Positions 33,004-43,364 of a stretch of DNA of 55,460 nt are shown piece after piece. Below the pieces are notes generated by a model, which did no database searches, was not told where the DNA came from, and was given only the letters and a program-made list of their open reading frames with translations. Positions within the stretch are counted from its first letter, which is position 1. Every line of letters starts with the position of its first letter. The translations under genes were made by a program, and so were the position numbers. The DNA comes from Flavicella sp. (lineage in GTDB: Bacteria; Bacteroidota; Bacteroidia; Flavobacteriales; Flavobacteriaceae): the NCBI RefSeq assembly GCF_037132785.1, contig NZ_JBAHZZ010000115.1, positions 1-55,460 on the forward strand, given 5' to 3'.

Positions 33004-33783
33004 TTAGTTAAAGTGTTTTTTAGCTTCGTCCCAAAACACATCCATTTCAGCTAAAGTCATATCAGATAATTTTTTATTGTCTTTTTTTGCCTCCTCTTCT
33101 AAAAATTGAAATCTTTTAGTAAACTTTTTATTAGTACGCTCAAGAGCATTTTCTGGGTTTACGTTTATAAATCTTGCGTAATTAATTATAGAGAACAATA
33201 CATCTCCAAATTCAGATTCGATTCTATCGATATTTCCTTTTTCTATTTCTTCATTTAATTCGTTCAGTTCTTCTTGAACTTTTTCCCAGACCTGTTTTGG
33301 TTCTTCCCAATCAAAACCAACTCCAGCTACTTTTTCTTGAATTCTACTAGCTTTAACCAATGCTGGTAATGATTTAGGAACTCCTTCTAGAACAGAATTT
33401 TTACCTTCTTTGAGTTTGAGTTTTTCCCAATTCCTTTTCACCTCTTCTTCATTTGTAACTTTTACGTTTCCGTAAATATGTGGATGTCTATGAATCAATT
33501 TTTCTACAATAGATTCAGAAATACTACCAAGATCAAAAGAGTCTGTTTCTGAGCCTATTTTTGCGTAAAAAACAATGTGTAATAATAAGTCGCCTAGTTC
33601 TTTTTTGATTTCTTCTTTGTTGTCTTCCAAAATAGCATCGGCTAACTCGTAGGTTTCTTCTATTGTAAGATGACGAAGTGATTCAAAGGTTTGTTTCTTG
33701 TCCCAAGGACATTTTTCCCTTAATTCATCCATTACATCCAAAAGTTTATTGAAAGATGCTAATTGTTGTTCTCTTGAGTTCAT
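33004..33783 (-). CDS. mazG: Nucleoside triphosphate pyrophosphohydrolase
   Basis: CPWDKKQT, EETYEL, ELGDLL, RHPH, GFDW, EFGDVLF. Confidence 0.95.
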   Translation of the reverse strand: MNSREQQLASFNKLLDVMDELREKCPWDKKQTFESLRHLTIEETYELADAILEDNKEEIKKELGDLLLHIVFYAKIGSETDSFDLGSISESIVEKLIHRHPHIYGNVKVTNEEEVKRNWEKLKLKEGKNSVLEGVPKSLPALVKASRIQEKVAGVGFDWEEPKQVWEKVQEELNELNEEIEKGNIDRIESEFGDVLFSIINYARFINVNPENALERTNKKFTKRFQFLEEEAKKDNKKLSDMTLAEMDVFWDEAKKHFN

Positions 33784-33838
33784 TGAATATTTTTTGTAAA
33801 AATAGAAAATACCTGTCCGATATTAACGCTTTTAAAGC

Positions 33839-33878
33839 ATAAAAAAAACCTGATGGAATTCCATCAGGTTTTTTTTAT
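33839..33878. terminator. 40-bp perfect palindrome, bidirectional terminator-like
   Basis: AT-A8-CCTGATGGAA|TTCCATCAGG-T8-AT, downstream of the DUF5606 gene. Confidence 0.8.
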
Positions 33879-33892
33879 ATAATATAGGAGTT

Positions 33893-34327
33893 TTAAGACT
33901 CCTCTGTTTTTTCAGGGTTTTCTGTTTCTTCGGACTCTTTAATCGTAGAAAAATCAAATTCGGCAGCAATTAAAATATTGTACCATTGCAATACTTTTTT
34001 GATGTTTGATGGGTATACCCTTTCTTGATCAAAATCAGGTAAGATCTCAATAAAATAATTGATTAATGTTTTATTATCAGATTTATGACTGATTGTTTTT
34101 TTTCCTGATTCTTTTTCATTAATTGTTAAGAATACCTCTCTTAAAGGGACTTCCTTTTCATATGTGTAAATAGCAATATCATTTAAAACACTAACATTGT
34201 GAGTATTTGAAATCGGGAATTTCTTCTGATCCCCTAATGATTGTACAACGAATCCTCCTTTAGATTGAGAGATGATATTAAATAAACCAGGTTTTCCTGA
34301 AATAGCTATAGTTTTAGTAAGCTCCAT
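33893..34327 (-). CDS. DUF5606-family protein
   Basis: IAISGKPGLF, L.DIAIYT, LPDFD.ERVY.S.IKK..WYN. Confidence 0.8.
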   Translation of the reverse strand: MELTKTIAISGKPGLFNIISQSKGGFVVQSLGDQKKFPISNTHNVSVLNDIAIYTYEKEVPLREVFLTINEKESGKKTISHKSDNKTLINYFIEILPDFDQERVYPSNIKKVLQWYNILIAAEFDFSTIKESEETENPEKTEES

Positions 34328-34343
34328 GTAATTTTTTTTATAA

Positions 34344-34931
34344 TTATTTTCTTTTAAGATTAGGAAATCGCATTCTATAATCTGCTGTGATTTTCCCTTT
34401 TGAAATATTAGCTAATTTCTTTTTTAGCAATCGTTTTTTTAAAGAGGATAATTTATCAGTAAATAAAATTCCTTCAATATGATCATATTCATGTTGAAAT
34501 ACTCTTGCTACAAGACCATTTAATGTTTTTGTTTGTTTGTTGAAGTTTTCGTCTTGATATTCTATTGTTATTTGCTCTTTTCTGAAAACATCTTCACGGA
34601 TATCAGGAATACTCAAACAACCTTCATTAAAAGCCCATTCATCACCTTCTTCGGTTAATATTTGTGCATTTATAAAAACATGCTTGAAATCCTTTAGAGT
34701 GTTTTTGTCTTCTTCAGATAAGTCTTCATCTTTAGCGTAAGGAGAGGTGTCTATTATAAATAAGCGAATTGATTTTCCTATTTGAGGAGCAGCAAGACCA
34801 ACACCTTGAGCATTGCTCATCGTCTCCCACATATTAGTTATAAGTTTTTCCAGTTCTGGATAATCTGTATCGATATTTTTCCCTGCTTTTCTCAAAACAG
34901 GATCTCCATAAGCAACGATTGGTAAAATCAT
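34344..34931 (-). CDS. def: Peptide deformylase
   Basis: GVGLAAPQ, EGCLS, QHEYDH; TACTTTTG promoter element at 34959-34966 on the minus strand. Confidence 0.97.
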   Translation of the reverse strand: MILPIVAYGDPVLRKAGKNIDTDYPELEKLITNMWETMSNAQGVGLAAPQIGKSIRLFIIDTSPYAKDEDLSEEDKNTLKDFKHVFINAQILTEEGDEWAFNEGCLSIPDIREDVFRKEQITIEYQDENFNKQTKTLNGLVARVFQHEYDHIEGILFTDKLSSLKKRLLKKKLANISKGKITADYRMRFPNLKRK

Positions 34932-35016
34932 TTGTAGACTCTTTTAAATTATTGTCTGCAAAAGTACAAAATATAGTAAATGTTTTAAAACTTTTTTTAG
35001 ATTAAAAGAGTTGTAT

Positions 35017-35053
35017 TATACCAATTTGTCATTATAAATGTCAAAATGGTGTT
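35017..35053. repeat. Ends-only miniature of the MITE-like element
   Basis: ATACCAATTTGTCATT-ATA-AATGTCAAAATGGTGT hairpin. Its reverse complement ACACCATTTTGACATTTATAATGAC resembles the copy-3 end ATACCATTTTAACATTCAAATGAC. Confidence 0.6.
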
Positions 35054-35462
35054 ACTTTGAGTATAGATAGGACTGTAAGATAATAGTTGCACTTATTTCA
35101 TCTACAAGTGCTTTATCTCTTCTCTTTTTTTTTGATAACCCACTGTCAATCATTGTCTGAAAGGCCATTTTGGAAGTGAATCGCTCGTCTTCTCTTATGA
35201 TTGGTATATTGGGGAACTTATTATTTAGTTTGTCAATGAATTTAAGGATTAAAATTTCGCTTTCTGAGTCGGTATAATTCATTTGTTTAGGTTGTCCAAC
35301 TACAAAAGTTTCTACAGATTCTTTCTTGACATAATCGGTTAAAAATGAAAGTAATTGATTGGTGTTAACAGTTGTTAGTCCTGAAGCAATGATTTGTAAA
35401 TCATCCGTAACAGCAATACCGGTTCTTTTTATTCCATAATCAATTGCTAAAATTTTACTCAT
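35052..35462 (-). CDS. ruvX: YqgF/RuvX nuclease
   Basis: LAIDYG.KRTGIA, VVGQP, DERFTS, VDEISA.IILQ. Confidence 0.94.
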   Translation of the reverse strand: MSKILAIDYGIKRTGIAVTDDLQIIASGLTTVNTNQLLSFLTDYVKKESVETFVVGQPKQMNYTDSESEILILKFIDKLNNKFPNIPIIREDERFTSKMAFQTMIDSGLSKKKRRDKALVDEISATIILQSYLYSK

Positions 35463-36276
35463 TTCTTATTCCGTATAAAGTTGTTGTTGTTTTGGAGGTA
35501 CGAGTTACTTTGCGAATAGCGTCGTTTTTTTTCCAACTATCATCATTGACATAAGCTCTTGGATGGTCCAAATGTATAACTATGGCACTATATCGGATTT
35601 GTTTAGATTGAATACCTAAGTTTTTTAATCGCTCTCCCAGTTCTCTATCTTGACCACCATATTGCATCCTTTCATCGAAGCCATTTACAGCTAGAATGTC
35701 TTTTTTCCAACCAGATGAGTTGTGTCCATTCCAAGTGGCTTTGGTAGGTGTGAAAAAATTTAAAAATTTAGAGAGTTTTTTATTTTTTTTAAGCTTGTTG
35801 TTTTTCATTGAGTCTTTCAATCCATTATCTTTAAGCCAATCAAGATTAAAACAGACTTGTGAAGAAATATGTTCGGGGTTTATTTTATTTGAGATGTTAG
35901 AAGGTAGCATAAAATAGCCTCCAGATAGAAAATATCCTTTTTCTTTATATTTGTTGTGTCTTTCAACAAATGTATTCCTAGGAATACAGTCTCCATCAGA
36001 CATAATAATATAGGGAGTAGTACTTGCTTTGACGGCTTTGTTTAAAATTTGTGATTTTTGAAAACCATTATCATCTTGCCATACATGTACGATAGGGTAT
36101 CGACTTTTTTTTCTGAAATTTTCAATTAAAATTTTAGTTTTTTTTGTAGAGCCGTCATCTGCGATCACTAATTCAAAGTTTCTGAAAGTCTGTTCGTTAT
36201 ACCCAAGAAGAGCTTTAAGGAGCCATTGTTCGGCGTTATAGGTGCTTATAATTACGGAAATTTCATTTGAATTCAT
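35455..36276 (-). CDS. GT2 glycosyltransferase
   Basis: SVIISTYN, ADDGS, SDGDC, NGFDE..YGGQD; overlaps the ruvX start. Confidence 0.9.
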   Translation of the reverse strand: MNSNEISVIISTYNAEQWLLKALLGYNEQTFRNFELVIADDGSTKKTKILIENFRKKSRYPIVHVWQDDNGFQKSQILNKAVKASTTPYIIMSDGDCIPRNTFVERHNKYKEKGYFLSGGYFMLPSNISNKINPEHISSQVCFNLDWLKDNGLKDSMKNNKLKKNKKLSKFLNFFTPTKATWNGHNSSGWKKDILAVNGFDERMQYGGQDRELGERLKNLGIQSKQIRYSAIVIHLDHPRAYVNDDSWKKNDAIRKVTRTSKTTTTLYGIRNE

Positions 36277-37259
36277 AAATCAATTATACAATAAATTCAG
36301 ATAAAAGAGAATTTTTTTTTAATTATTCCCTTAATTCACAGCTGAATTTTAGGTAGAAAAGGAAATTCATGTACAATTATTAGTTCAATACTTTTCCGTT
36401 TCTATTCTTTTTACCTTGTCGGTTGATAACAGGAATGATGTAATTTACAACAACGACAAAAAAAATATTTTTTTGTAAATTTAATTTTATCTCCTAAAAT
36501 TTCAATAATCTACATTTGTTTTAGTTGCCAGAATGCCAGTGCTTCACGTTTGGATTCTACGATTGTTAAAAAAAAATATTTCTGTTTTATTTTTATCTGT
36601 TAGAGATTGTCGCTAATACATTCAATAACATTTAGCTTATAATTTTCAATAGATTATCAATTTAAAAGTGTATTTTATCAATGCCATTGGTCATGAATTA
36701 TTATAGTTTTGCTATGAGATATAACCATATAAGTTATCATGGAACTCAAATATTGGATGATTACTCATAAAACCTTGAATGTATTATATAGGCTACTAAA
36801 AACAAAGGGTCTAAAACTCAATAAAAACAGTGATTATCAATTTATTCCTTATAAAATGGATGATTCAAAAAAATATAAGATGAATTTAGGATGCTTTATG
36901 TTTTGACCCCTATAAAATAAATTGTTCATCTCGAAAACAGAATTAGTAATGTAAAATATATGTAATCGGATGTGGTAAAAAACACTTAGCTTTTTGTAAA
37001 TTCGCATTCTTAAAATAAACCCAATAAAACATAAAACTGCAATATTTTGAAATAAAGTGGATTTACATAAAATAGTGAGACTAATCAGAGATGTAACTTT
37101 CGGATTAGTTGTATTAATATAATGGATGATTATTTGGATTTAGTATAGATTTTTTCAAAAAGATTGTTTTTTTTAAAAGGAAACACTCTTATTAATATCT
37201 GTTTATTTAGTTTTTAATATTACATTTGTCGAATATCAATAAAAGTGACCTGTAAGTAT

Positions 37260-38372
37260 ATGAGAATAGGATTTGATGCAAAAAGAATTTATCATAATTT
37301 CACTGGACTAGGTAATTATAGCCGTGACTTGGTAAGTCTTTTGTCAAAATTTCAGTCAAAAAATGTCTATCTTCTGTATAATCCTAAAAAGAAGAAAATA
37401 GATAGACTCAAAGAGTCTGGAAATTTAATTGAAAGATTACCCAAATCTAAATTTTGGATTTTTTTTTCTTCTTTATGGAGGCAAGGACCTGTTGTTAAGC
37501 AGTTATGTAAAGATAATGTACAGATATTTCATGGGTTATCTGGCGAAATCCCTAGAGGAATCGAGTTTACAAATATAAAAAGTGTTGTGACTATTCATGA
37601 TTTAATTTTCATGAGGTATCCAGATATGTATCACATATTGGATCGCAAGATTCATTTAAAAAAATTTTTATACGCATCCAATCAAGCTGATATTGTGATT
37701 GCAATTAGTGAACAAACAAAAAGAGATATTATTCAATTTCTAGATGTAGATCCAAATAAAATAAGAGTAGTATATCAAGGCTGCCATAATTATTTTAAAA
37801 CAGAACTTTCAGAAGAATTTAAAAACGGCGTACTGAATGAGTTTTCGCTTCCAGAAAATTTCATTCTTAATGTTGGAACTATTGAAGAAAGAAAGAATTT
37901 ATTATCACTGGTGAAAGCAGTAAAGGATTTGGATGTAAATTTGGTTGTTGTAGGAGGTAAAACACCATATTATAAGGTAATTACTAATTATATTAAAAAG
38001 AATAATTTAGGTCATAAAGTTACTTTTCTTGAAAATGTAGGTATAAAACAATTGGTGGCGCTATATCAATTGGCTAATTTATTTGTTTATCCAAGTATAT
38101 TTGAAGGCTTTGGAATTCCAATTATAGAAGCTTTATTTAGTAAAACTCCTGTTATTACTTCAAAAGGGGGGTGCTTTTCAGAATCAGGAGGACCTTCTAC
38201 TGTGTACATTGATGCTTTGGATGTTGAAGCCTTAAAAGAAAATATCGAAATGATATTATCTGATAAAGTTTTGGTAAATAAAATGACTGAAAAAGGCTTT
38301 GAATTTGTTCAGAAGTTTAATGATCATTTGATATCTGAAAATATAATTAAGATTTATAGGGAGATTTTGTAG
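37260..38372 (+). CDS. GT4 glycosyltransferase
   Basis: TGLGNY, VTIHDL, GTIEERKN, PSIFEGFGIPIIEA; TACATTTG at 37221. Confidence 0.92.
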   Translation: MRIGFDAKRIYHNFTGLGNYSRDLVSLLSKFQSKNVYLLYNPKKKKIDRLKESGNLIERLPKSKFWIFFSSLWRQGPVVKQLCKDNVQIFHGLSGEIPRGIEFTNIKSVVTIHDLIFMRYPDMYHILDRKIHLKKFLYASNQADIVIAISEQTKRDIIQFLDVDPNKIRVVYQGCHNYFKTELSEEFKNGVLNEFSLPENFILNVGTIEERKNLLSLVKAVKDLDVNLVVVGGKTPYYKVITNYIKKNNLGHKVTFLENVGIKQLVALYQLANLFVYPSIFEGFGIPIIEALFSKTPVITSKGGCFSESGGPSTVYIDALDVEALKENIEMILSDKVLVNKMTEKGFEFVQKFNDHLISENIIKIYREIL

Positions 38373-38373
38373 T

Positions 38374-39459
38374 ATGAAAAAAGATAAGAAAGTGTTGCTG
38401 GATTTAGAAAGGCTCCGTTATCCATACTCTGGAATAGCAAATGTTTTTAGAAACTTGGCATTGGGTTTTAATAAACTTAAGTCAGAAATAGAATTAGATA
38501 TCTCTTTGTATGGTCCTTTAAATGAATTGCAGTCTTTGGATACACAATTTAAGATAGTTAATCATAAATCAATTCACAAAGTAATGTTTTTTTTTACTGC
38601 TGGTTACTCTATATTGCATTCGAGTCACCAATTGTCTTCTTATTTTAATTATAAAAGGAAGTGGCAAAAAAAAATAGTTACGTTACATGATTTAAATTTT
38701 TTACGTGAGGATTTTTCTGAAAATAAAAAAAATCAAACATATAAAATAGTCAAAAAAAACATATCAAATGCTGATGTAATAGTTTGTATATCGAACTTTA
38801 CAAAAAAGGATTTATTACTTAATGATAATTTATTTAGGTATAAGACAAAACCTGAGATAATTGTTATACATAACGGATTGAAATTTCCTGAATTAAAAGA
38901 ATACCCTTTAGGTCGGTTTTCTTTTTTGAAAGAAAAAAAATATATTTTAAATATAGGTGTTTTATTTTTTAAAAAAAATCAAATATTATTAGTTAAGATG
39001 TTGCCATTTATTGATGAAGATTTAGTTTTAGTAGTTTCGGGAGAAAAAGAAGATTACAAAAATGAAATGCTTTCTGAAATAAAACGATTGAATTTGACCA
39101 ACAGAGTTCATATTATAAGTAATATACCGGAAGATGAAAAATGGGCATTAATTCAGAATGCAACTTCGATGTGTCATCCTTCATTAGCTGAAGGTTTTGG
39201 GATTCCTCCTATAGAAGCAATGTATTTTGGGAAACCTGTATTTCTTAGTAATCTGACTAGTTTACCTGAAATAGGAGGAGAGGTAGCTTATTATTTTGAT
39301 TCCTTTGAAATAGCAGCAATGGTAACGGTTTATAGACAAGGAATGAATGAATATAATTCGGATAAAGTGAATCAAGTAATAAAATTGAATAGTTGGGCAC
39401 TAAATTATGACTATGAAAAAATGGCGAAAAAATATTTGGAATTGTATAAGAGGTTATAA
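38374..39459 (+). CDS. GT4 glycosyltransferase
   Basis: TLHDL, KKN, PSLAEGFGIPPIEAM, SLPEIGG. Confidence 0.92.
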   Translation: MKKDKKVLLDLERLRYPYSGIANVFRNLALGFNKLKSEIELDISLYGPLNELQSLDTQFKIVNHKSIHKVMFFFTAGYSILHSSHQLSSYFNYKRKWQKKIVTLHDLNFLREDFSENKKNQTYKIVKKNISNADVIVCISNFTKKDLLLNDNLFRYKTKPEIIVIHNGLKFPELKEYPLGRFSFLKEKKYILNIGVLFFKKNQILLVKMLPFIDEDLVLVVSGEKEDYKNEMLSEIKRLNLTNRVHIISNIPEDEKWALIQNATSMCHPSLAEGFGIPPIEAMYFGKPVFLSNLTSLPEIGGEVAYYFDSFEIAAMVTVYRQGMNEYNSDKVNQVIKLNSWALNYDYEKMAKKYLELYKRL

Positions 39460-39460
39460 T

Positions 39461-40378
39461 TTACTTTAGAATTTTTTCTAATTGTTCAACCGTAGTTTCT
39501 TCCCATATTTTATGGCAACCAAATGCATTAGTATTAATGACATTTTCTGTAGCGAAATCAAAAGCTTTATTAAATATTGCAAGATTATATTTTTGTTTCT
39601 TTATAATTTGGCAGATATATACATCTTCAGGCATGTTTTTCTTTCGAGGAATATCTTGTTCAATTATTGCTAACATCATTTTCTTTGATCGAATTGACAA
39701 ACCTCCGTTACCAACATTGACTTTATTTTTTTTTCGAATGTGCTTTTTCCAAGGGGCTCCAATATAGTCGTATAAAAGGAATTTTTCGTCTAATGGTTTA
39801 AATGTTATCGCATCTGTTTGGAAAATTAATATTTTATCACTTTTAAAATTACTCCAAAAGTGTTTGGACAACATAATTTTGTTATAGCCTTCAATGTCAA
39901 GGTTAATGACGTTTAAGTTTATGTATTTTATGTTTTTGTATTCTTTAAGAGATTCTTTAATGAAAATTTCGTTTTCAGAACCATGATAAATATGTAGACA
40001 TACATTCAAATGCTGTAAATTTGAAATTACATTTTGTACTACAACTTTAAAGTGAGGATGTTTTCTGGCTTCAACTATTACTGCGGTTAAATTAGATTTT
40101 TTGACAATATTTAAATGAAGAGAATCATATCTATTAGGTAAAGTTTCTTCTAAATAAAAGTTCCAAAGGGTTTTGTTCTTACGTGCATTTTCTTTTTGAA
40201 TTTTAAGTAAGAGCTGTTTTATTCCTTGCTTGTTTAATTGATTATTTTTTAGTTCTCTTTTTATTTTATCTAAAGTATTTTCTGGAATCTTAATATTACA
40301 AACCAGTTTTCTGTACCAAGTAGGTATTTTACATGTATAGTATTGAAAATTGAAAGAGGTATATATAAAGTCTAACAT
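39461..40378 (-). CDS. DUF5672 putative GT-A-like glycosyltransferase
   Basis: ILIFQTD, YDYIGAPW, VGNGGLSIRS, PEDVY, FGCHK. Confidence 0.75.
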   Translation of the reverse strand: MLDFIYTSFNFQYYTCKIPTWYRKLVCNIKIPENTLDKIKRELKNNQLNKQGIKQLLLKIQKENARKNKTLWNFYLEETLPNRYDSLHLNIVKKSNLTAVIVEARKHPHFKVVVQNVISNLQHLNVCLHIYHGSENEIFIKESLKEYKNIKYINLNVINLDIEGYNKIMLSKHFWSNFKSDKILIFQTDAITFKPLDEKFLLYDYIGAPWKKHIRKKNKVNVGNGGLSIRSKKMMLAIIEQDIPRKKNMPEDVYICQIIKKQKYNLAIFNKAFDFATENVINTNAFGCHKIWEETTVEQLEKILK

Positions 40379-40398
40379 ATGTTTTTAAAGAAAATTAA

Positions 40399-41403
40399 TC
40401 AATTCAGTAGTTCGGTAATCCAACTGTCAAATGAGTACTTTTTAAGTGTGCTTAAATCTATTTCAGAATATTCAGAATTAATAAATCTCTCAAGTATTTC
40501 TGGAGTATCATTATCCTGGTTCAGAATATAAATGTTATTTGGGTGATAAAAATCGTATTCTTTTACAGTAGAATTATCAGTGATTACTTTAACTCCATAT
40601 TTAAGAGCTTCAAAGAACCTAAACGATAATCCCGAATGATGATTGACCTTTACATCTAATACTATTTTAGCACTCTTTAAAAGAGATAAGTTTTCTTCAT
40701 ACATAATAGGCTTAGAAAAGAATCGGATATCTTTATTTTGATATTTCTTAATAATGTTTTGATCATCACTATTAATCATAATATTAAATGTCAAATCAAA
40801 ATTACTTAATCTAGCATATAGATTTATAAAACTGTCAAACCTACCTTCATTATATGTACCTATGTAAAAAACGTCACAGTTTTTTGTGTTTAATGTAGGC
40901 TCAATAGTTGGATAGAAATTTTGTGTTAAATATAGGTTTGAATATGTCTGTTGATATTGTTCAAAGTCTTTATTGTCAAAAATATAAAATTTATCAAAGA
41001 AATCAATTCTTTTGAATACTTCTGGGTAACGATTTAGGCCATCCCATTGGTATGCAATAGATTTTTTACATAAAACTATTATACGATTGATTACTTCTAT
41101 TGGATATAAATCAGACCGGATGATTAGTGAATAATTAAAATAGTTTTTATCATAAGACTTTAATTGCTCTAAATTTTTTTGAGTTTTATATCTATCTGTT
41201 AATGTGATTTTTTTATAATTTTTATCTTTTAAAAATATTTTTCTAAAAAGATTAATTATTCTGTCTTTGTTGTTCTTATATTTGAAACTTTCATCATTTG
41301 TGTTTAAGTAGACTACCTCAAAACCAAGGTTTTCAAGGTTTCTAATAATGATTTTGTAAATTTCAAAATGAGAGGGGGCGGCAAATAATATTTTTTTTTT
41401 CAT
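40399..41403 (-). CDS. Putative LPS biosynthesis protein (GT-B-like)
   Basis: YQWD, FD..D, GLSFRFFEAL, KVITDN, YDFYHPNNI, YSF..W; glycan-locus context. Confidence 0.65.
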   Translation of the reverse strand: MKKKILFAAPSHFEIYKIIIRNLENLGFEVVYLNTNDESFKYKNNKDRIINLFRKIFLKDKNYKKITLTDRYKTQKNLEQLKSYDKNYFNYSLIIRSDLYPIEVINRIIVLCKKSIAYQWDGLNRYPEVFKRIDFFDKFYIFDNKDFEQYQQTYSNLYLTQNFYPTIEPTLNTKNCDVFYIGTYNEGRFDSFINLYARLSNFDLTFNIMINSDDQNIIKKYQNKDIRFFSKPIMYEENLSLLKSAKIVLDVKVNHHSGLSFRFFEALKYGVKVITDNSTVKEYDFYHPNNIYILNQDNDTPEILERFINSEYSEIDLSTLKKYSFDSWITELLN

Positions 41404-41420
41404 TTTTAATGAATTTCGAT

Positions 41421-42395
41421 TTAATGCTTGCCTTTAGTCAGCTTATATATTTGTGAAACTATATCACTCTTTGTAAAATAATTTTTTTTTGTTTTCTTAA
41501 ATAAGTAGAGTTCCTCTTCTTGAGTCAAAGTCCCTTTATAATATCGTTTGCACCAAGTAGTGAATTTTAATTTTATGTAAGGATATGTTGTTATAAAAAC
41601 TAGTTTTTTAACGAATTTTGAATTTAAAAAAGTTCTAATAAGAGGGAGATGTTTTTTTATAAATATTTCCTTTCTAAGTTCTTTTAAATCTTTGGAGAAA
41701 TCTAATTTATGGTCAAACCAATAAAACCAGGGGTTTCCTCTTCTTAAATCACATGAAAGATATAGTATTTTTTTGAAATTAAGTTTCCAAGTACAGTAGT
41801 TGAAACTTAATTGATCTCTTTTACTTCTTTTTTTTACAAAACCCCACCATAATTCCATTAATGCTTTTACATCTTCCTTGTTGTGTTTTCTTATAAGAAC
41901 AGCAGCAAAAATTAAACCATTGTTTTGTGGATAGCAGTTTGATTTTAGGTAGTTAATTTGATCCTCCATAACTTCTAAAGAGTCACGGTGATTATTATTG
42001 ATTTCAGCTATTTTTACCAGCTCTTCATGTTCTTTATAAATACAATCTCTGGGGTCTAATATTGTTTGGTTATGGTCAAAACAAACCATGTCAAAATCCT
42101 TAAGTTTATTTATAACCATTGATGAAAAATCAGCAATAATCAAATAATTAGCATCAATATAAACACTCGTTTCATATTCTTTTAAATGCAGGTGAGGATT
42201 GATTTTATAATAACGATTGGATCGTGTATTATCATTTAAAATAGGCGGTTCAACTTTTATGATTTTCCAAGAATTAGAAGTGAAATCTTGATCGGTATAA
42301 CAGATATAATCTACTCCTTCTATTTTAGGCTGTTCTATTAAGCCGCTATAATTCCCGAACAGGGCTGTGTATACAACTATTTTAGGTTCTGTCAT
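41421..42395 (-). CDS. DUF616 (TOD1/MUCI70-like) putative glycosyltransferase
   Basis: VVYTALFGNY, YICYTD, KINPH, SVYIDAN, RDCIY.E, RDQLSF. Confidence 0.78.
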   Translation of the reverse strand: MTEPKIVVYTALFGNYSGLIEQPKIEGVDYICYTDQDFTSNSWKIIKVEPPILNDNTRSNRYYKINPHLHLKEYETSVYIDANYLIIADFSSMVINKLKDFDMVCFDHNQTILDPRDCIYKEHEELVKIAEINNNHRDSLEVMEDQINYLKSNCYPQNNGLIFAAVLIRKHNKEDVKALMELWWGFVKKRSKRDQLSFNYCTWKLNFKKILYLSCDLRRGNPWFYWFDHKLDFSKDLKELRKEIFIKKHLPLIRTFLNSKFVKKLVFITTYPYIKLKFTTWCKRYYKGTLTQEEELYLFKKTKKNYFTKSDIVSQIYKLTKGKH

Positions 42396-42396
42396 G

Positions 42397-43338
42397 TTAA
42401 TTGTTTATTGGTAAATGGATCATATCACCAAATATTTTATCCCATTTATTTGGGTGAAACTTAGTTAATGCTCCTCCTGGATAAAATGTAATTTCTCCAA
42501 AAAATATTTTTTCATCATTTATGTAATATAGGTCAACTCTCGCAAATATAAAAGGAGAAGAAAGTTTTTTACATAAAGAAATCATTTCTTTGAGTTTTCT
42601 CGGTTTTGCAATCTTTTTGCTTGAAGGGATATCACCTCTAGTAATATGAAGGATGTTCCAGTCTAAATCATAGATGTTTCTTGAATGAGAACTCTCTCTC
42701 TCTATTTCTAATTGAATATAGTTTACTTTTCCTTTTGTACAATAAAATCTATAGTCATTAGGGACTTTTCCATTTTTTTGAATCAATAATTTCTCAACTA
42801 TTATTCTTGGCGGAATGTTTTTGTAGGGCCATTCTCTTGACGCAAAATAAAAATTATTATGGAGTGATGCTTTAAGTTTTTCTTTTAATTCTTTCCAGTT
42901 ATATTCTTTCTTATCTCTAATAATAAAAGTTGAACCACTATCGTGATTTGTTTTAATAATAGTTGGGTAATCAGGTAATATCTTTGGAGAAATATCTGAA
43001 ATTTTTTTTGTTGAAAAAATTAATGGAATCAAATATTTGTCACCTATTTTTTCTGAAACATAATTTCTAACTAGTAATTTATCTGCACAAATCGTGTGCA
43101 AATCTTTTCGGTCATTTAATTTTAACCATTGTAATTTTTCGTTAAAAGTAACCGGTTTATCTAGATCTAATGAATATGTAAAAATTGATTTAAAAGAAGA
43201 TTTAATAAATTTTTCATCCTCATAAGGGTAAAGAAAATCAATTAATTTGTCAATTGTTTTTTTAATTGATTCTTGTCCAATCCTATTTCTATACTTTTCA
43301 TACCTCTTTAATATTTTTCTTTTTATAGCTTTTTTCAT
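42397..43338 (-). CDS. TupA-like ATP-grasp amidoligase
   Basis: PVTFNEKLQWLKL, ADK..VR.YV, KTNHDSG, REWPY, DYRFYC, RVDLY, FGEITFYP. Confidence 0.85.
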   Translation of the reverse strand: MKKAIKRKILKRYEKYRNRIGQESIKKTIDKLIDFLYPYEDEKFIKSSFKSIFTYSLDLDKPVTFNEKLQWLKLNDRKDLHTICADKLLVRNYVSEKIGDKYLIPLIFSTKKISDISPKILPDYPTIIKTNHDSGSTFIIRDKKEYNWKELKEKLKASLHNNFYFASREWPYKNIPPRIIVEKLLIQKNGKVPNDYRFYCTKGKVNYIQLEIERESSHSRNIYDLDWNILHITRGDIPSSKKIAKPRKLKEMISLCKKLSSPFIFARVDLYYINDEKIFFGEITFYPGGALTKFHPNKWDKIFGDMIHLPINN

Positions 43339-43364
43339 GATTTTTACTTAAAACAAAAACTGAG

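Noticed and set aside
36333-36348. AATTCACAGCTGAATT as another IS30 end
   Set aside because: Only 8 nt match the terminal repeat; not significant.
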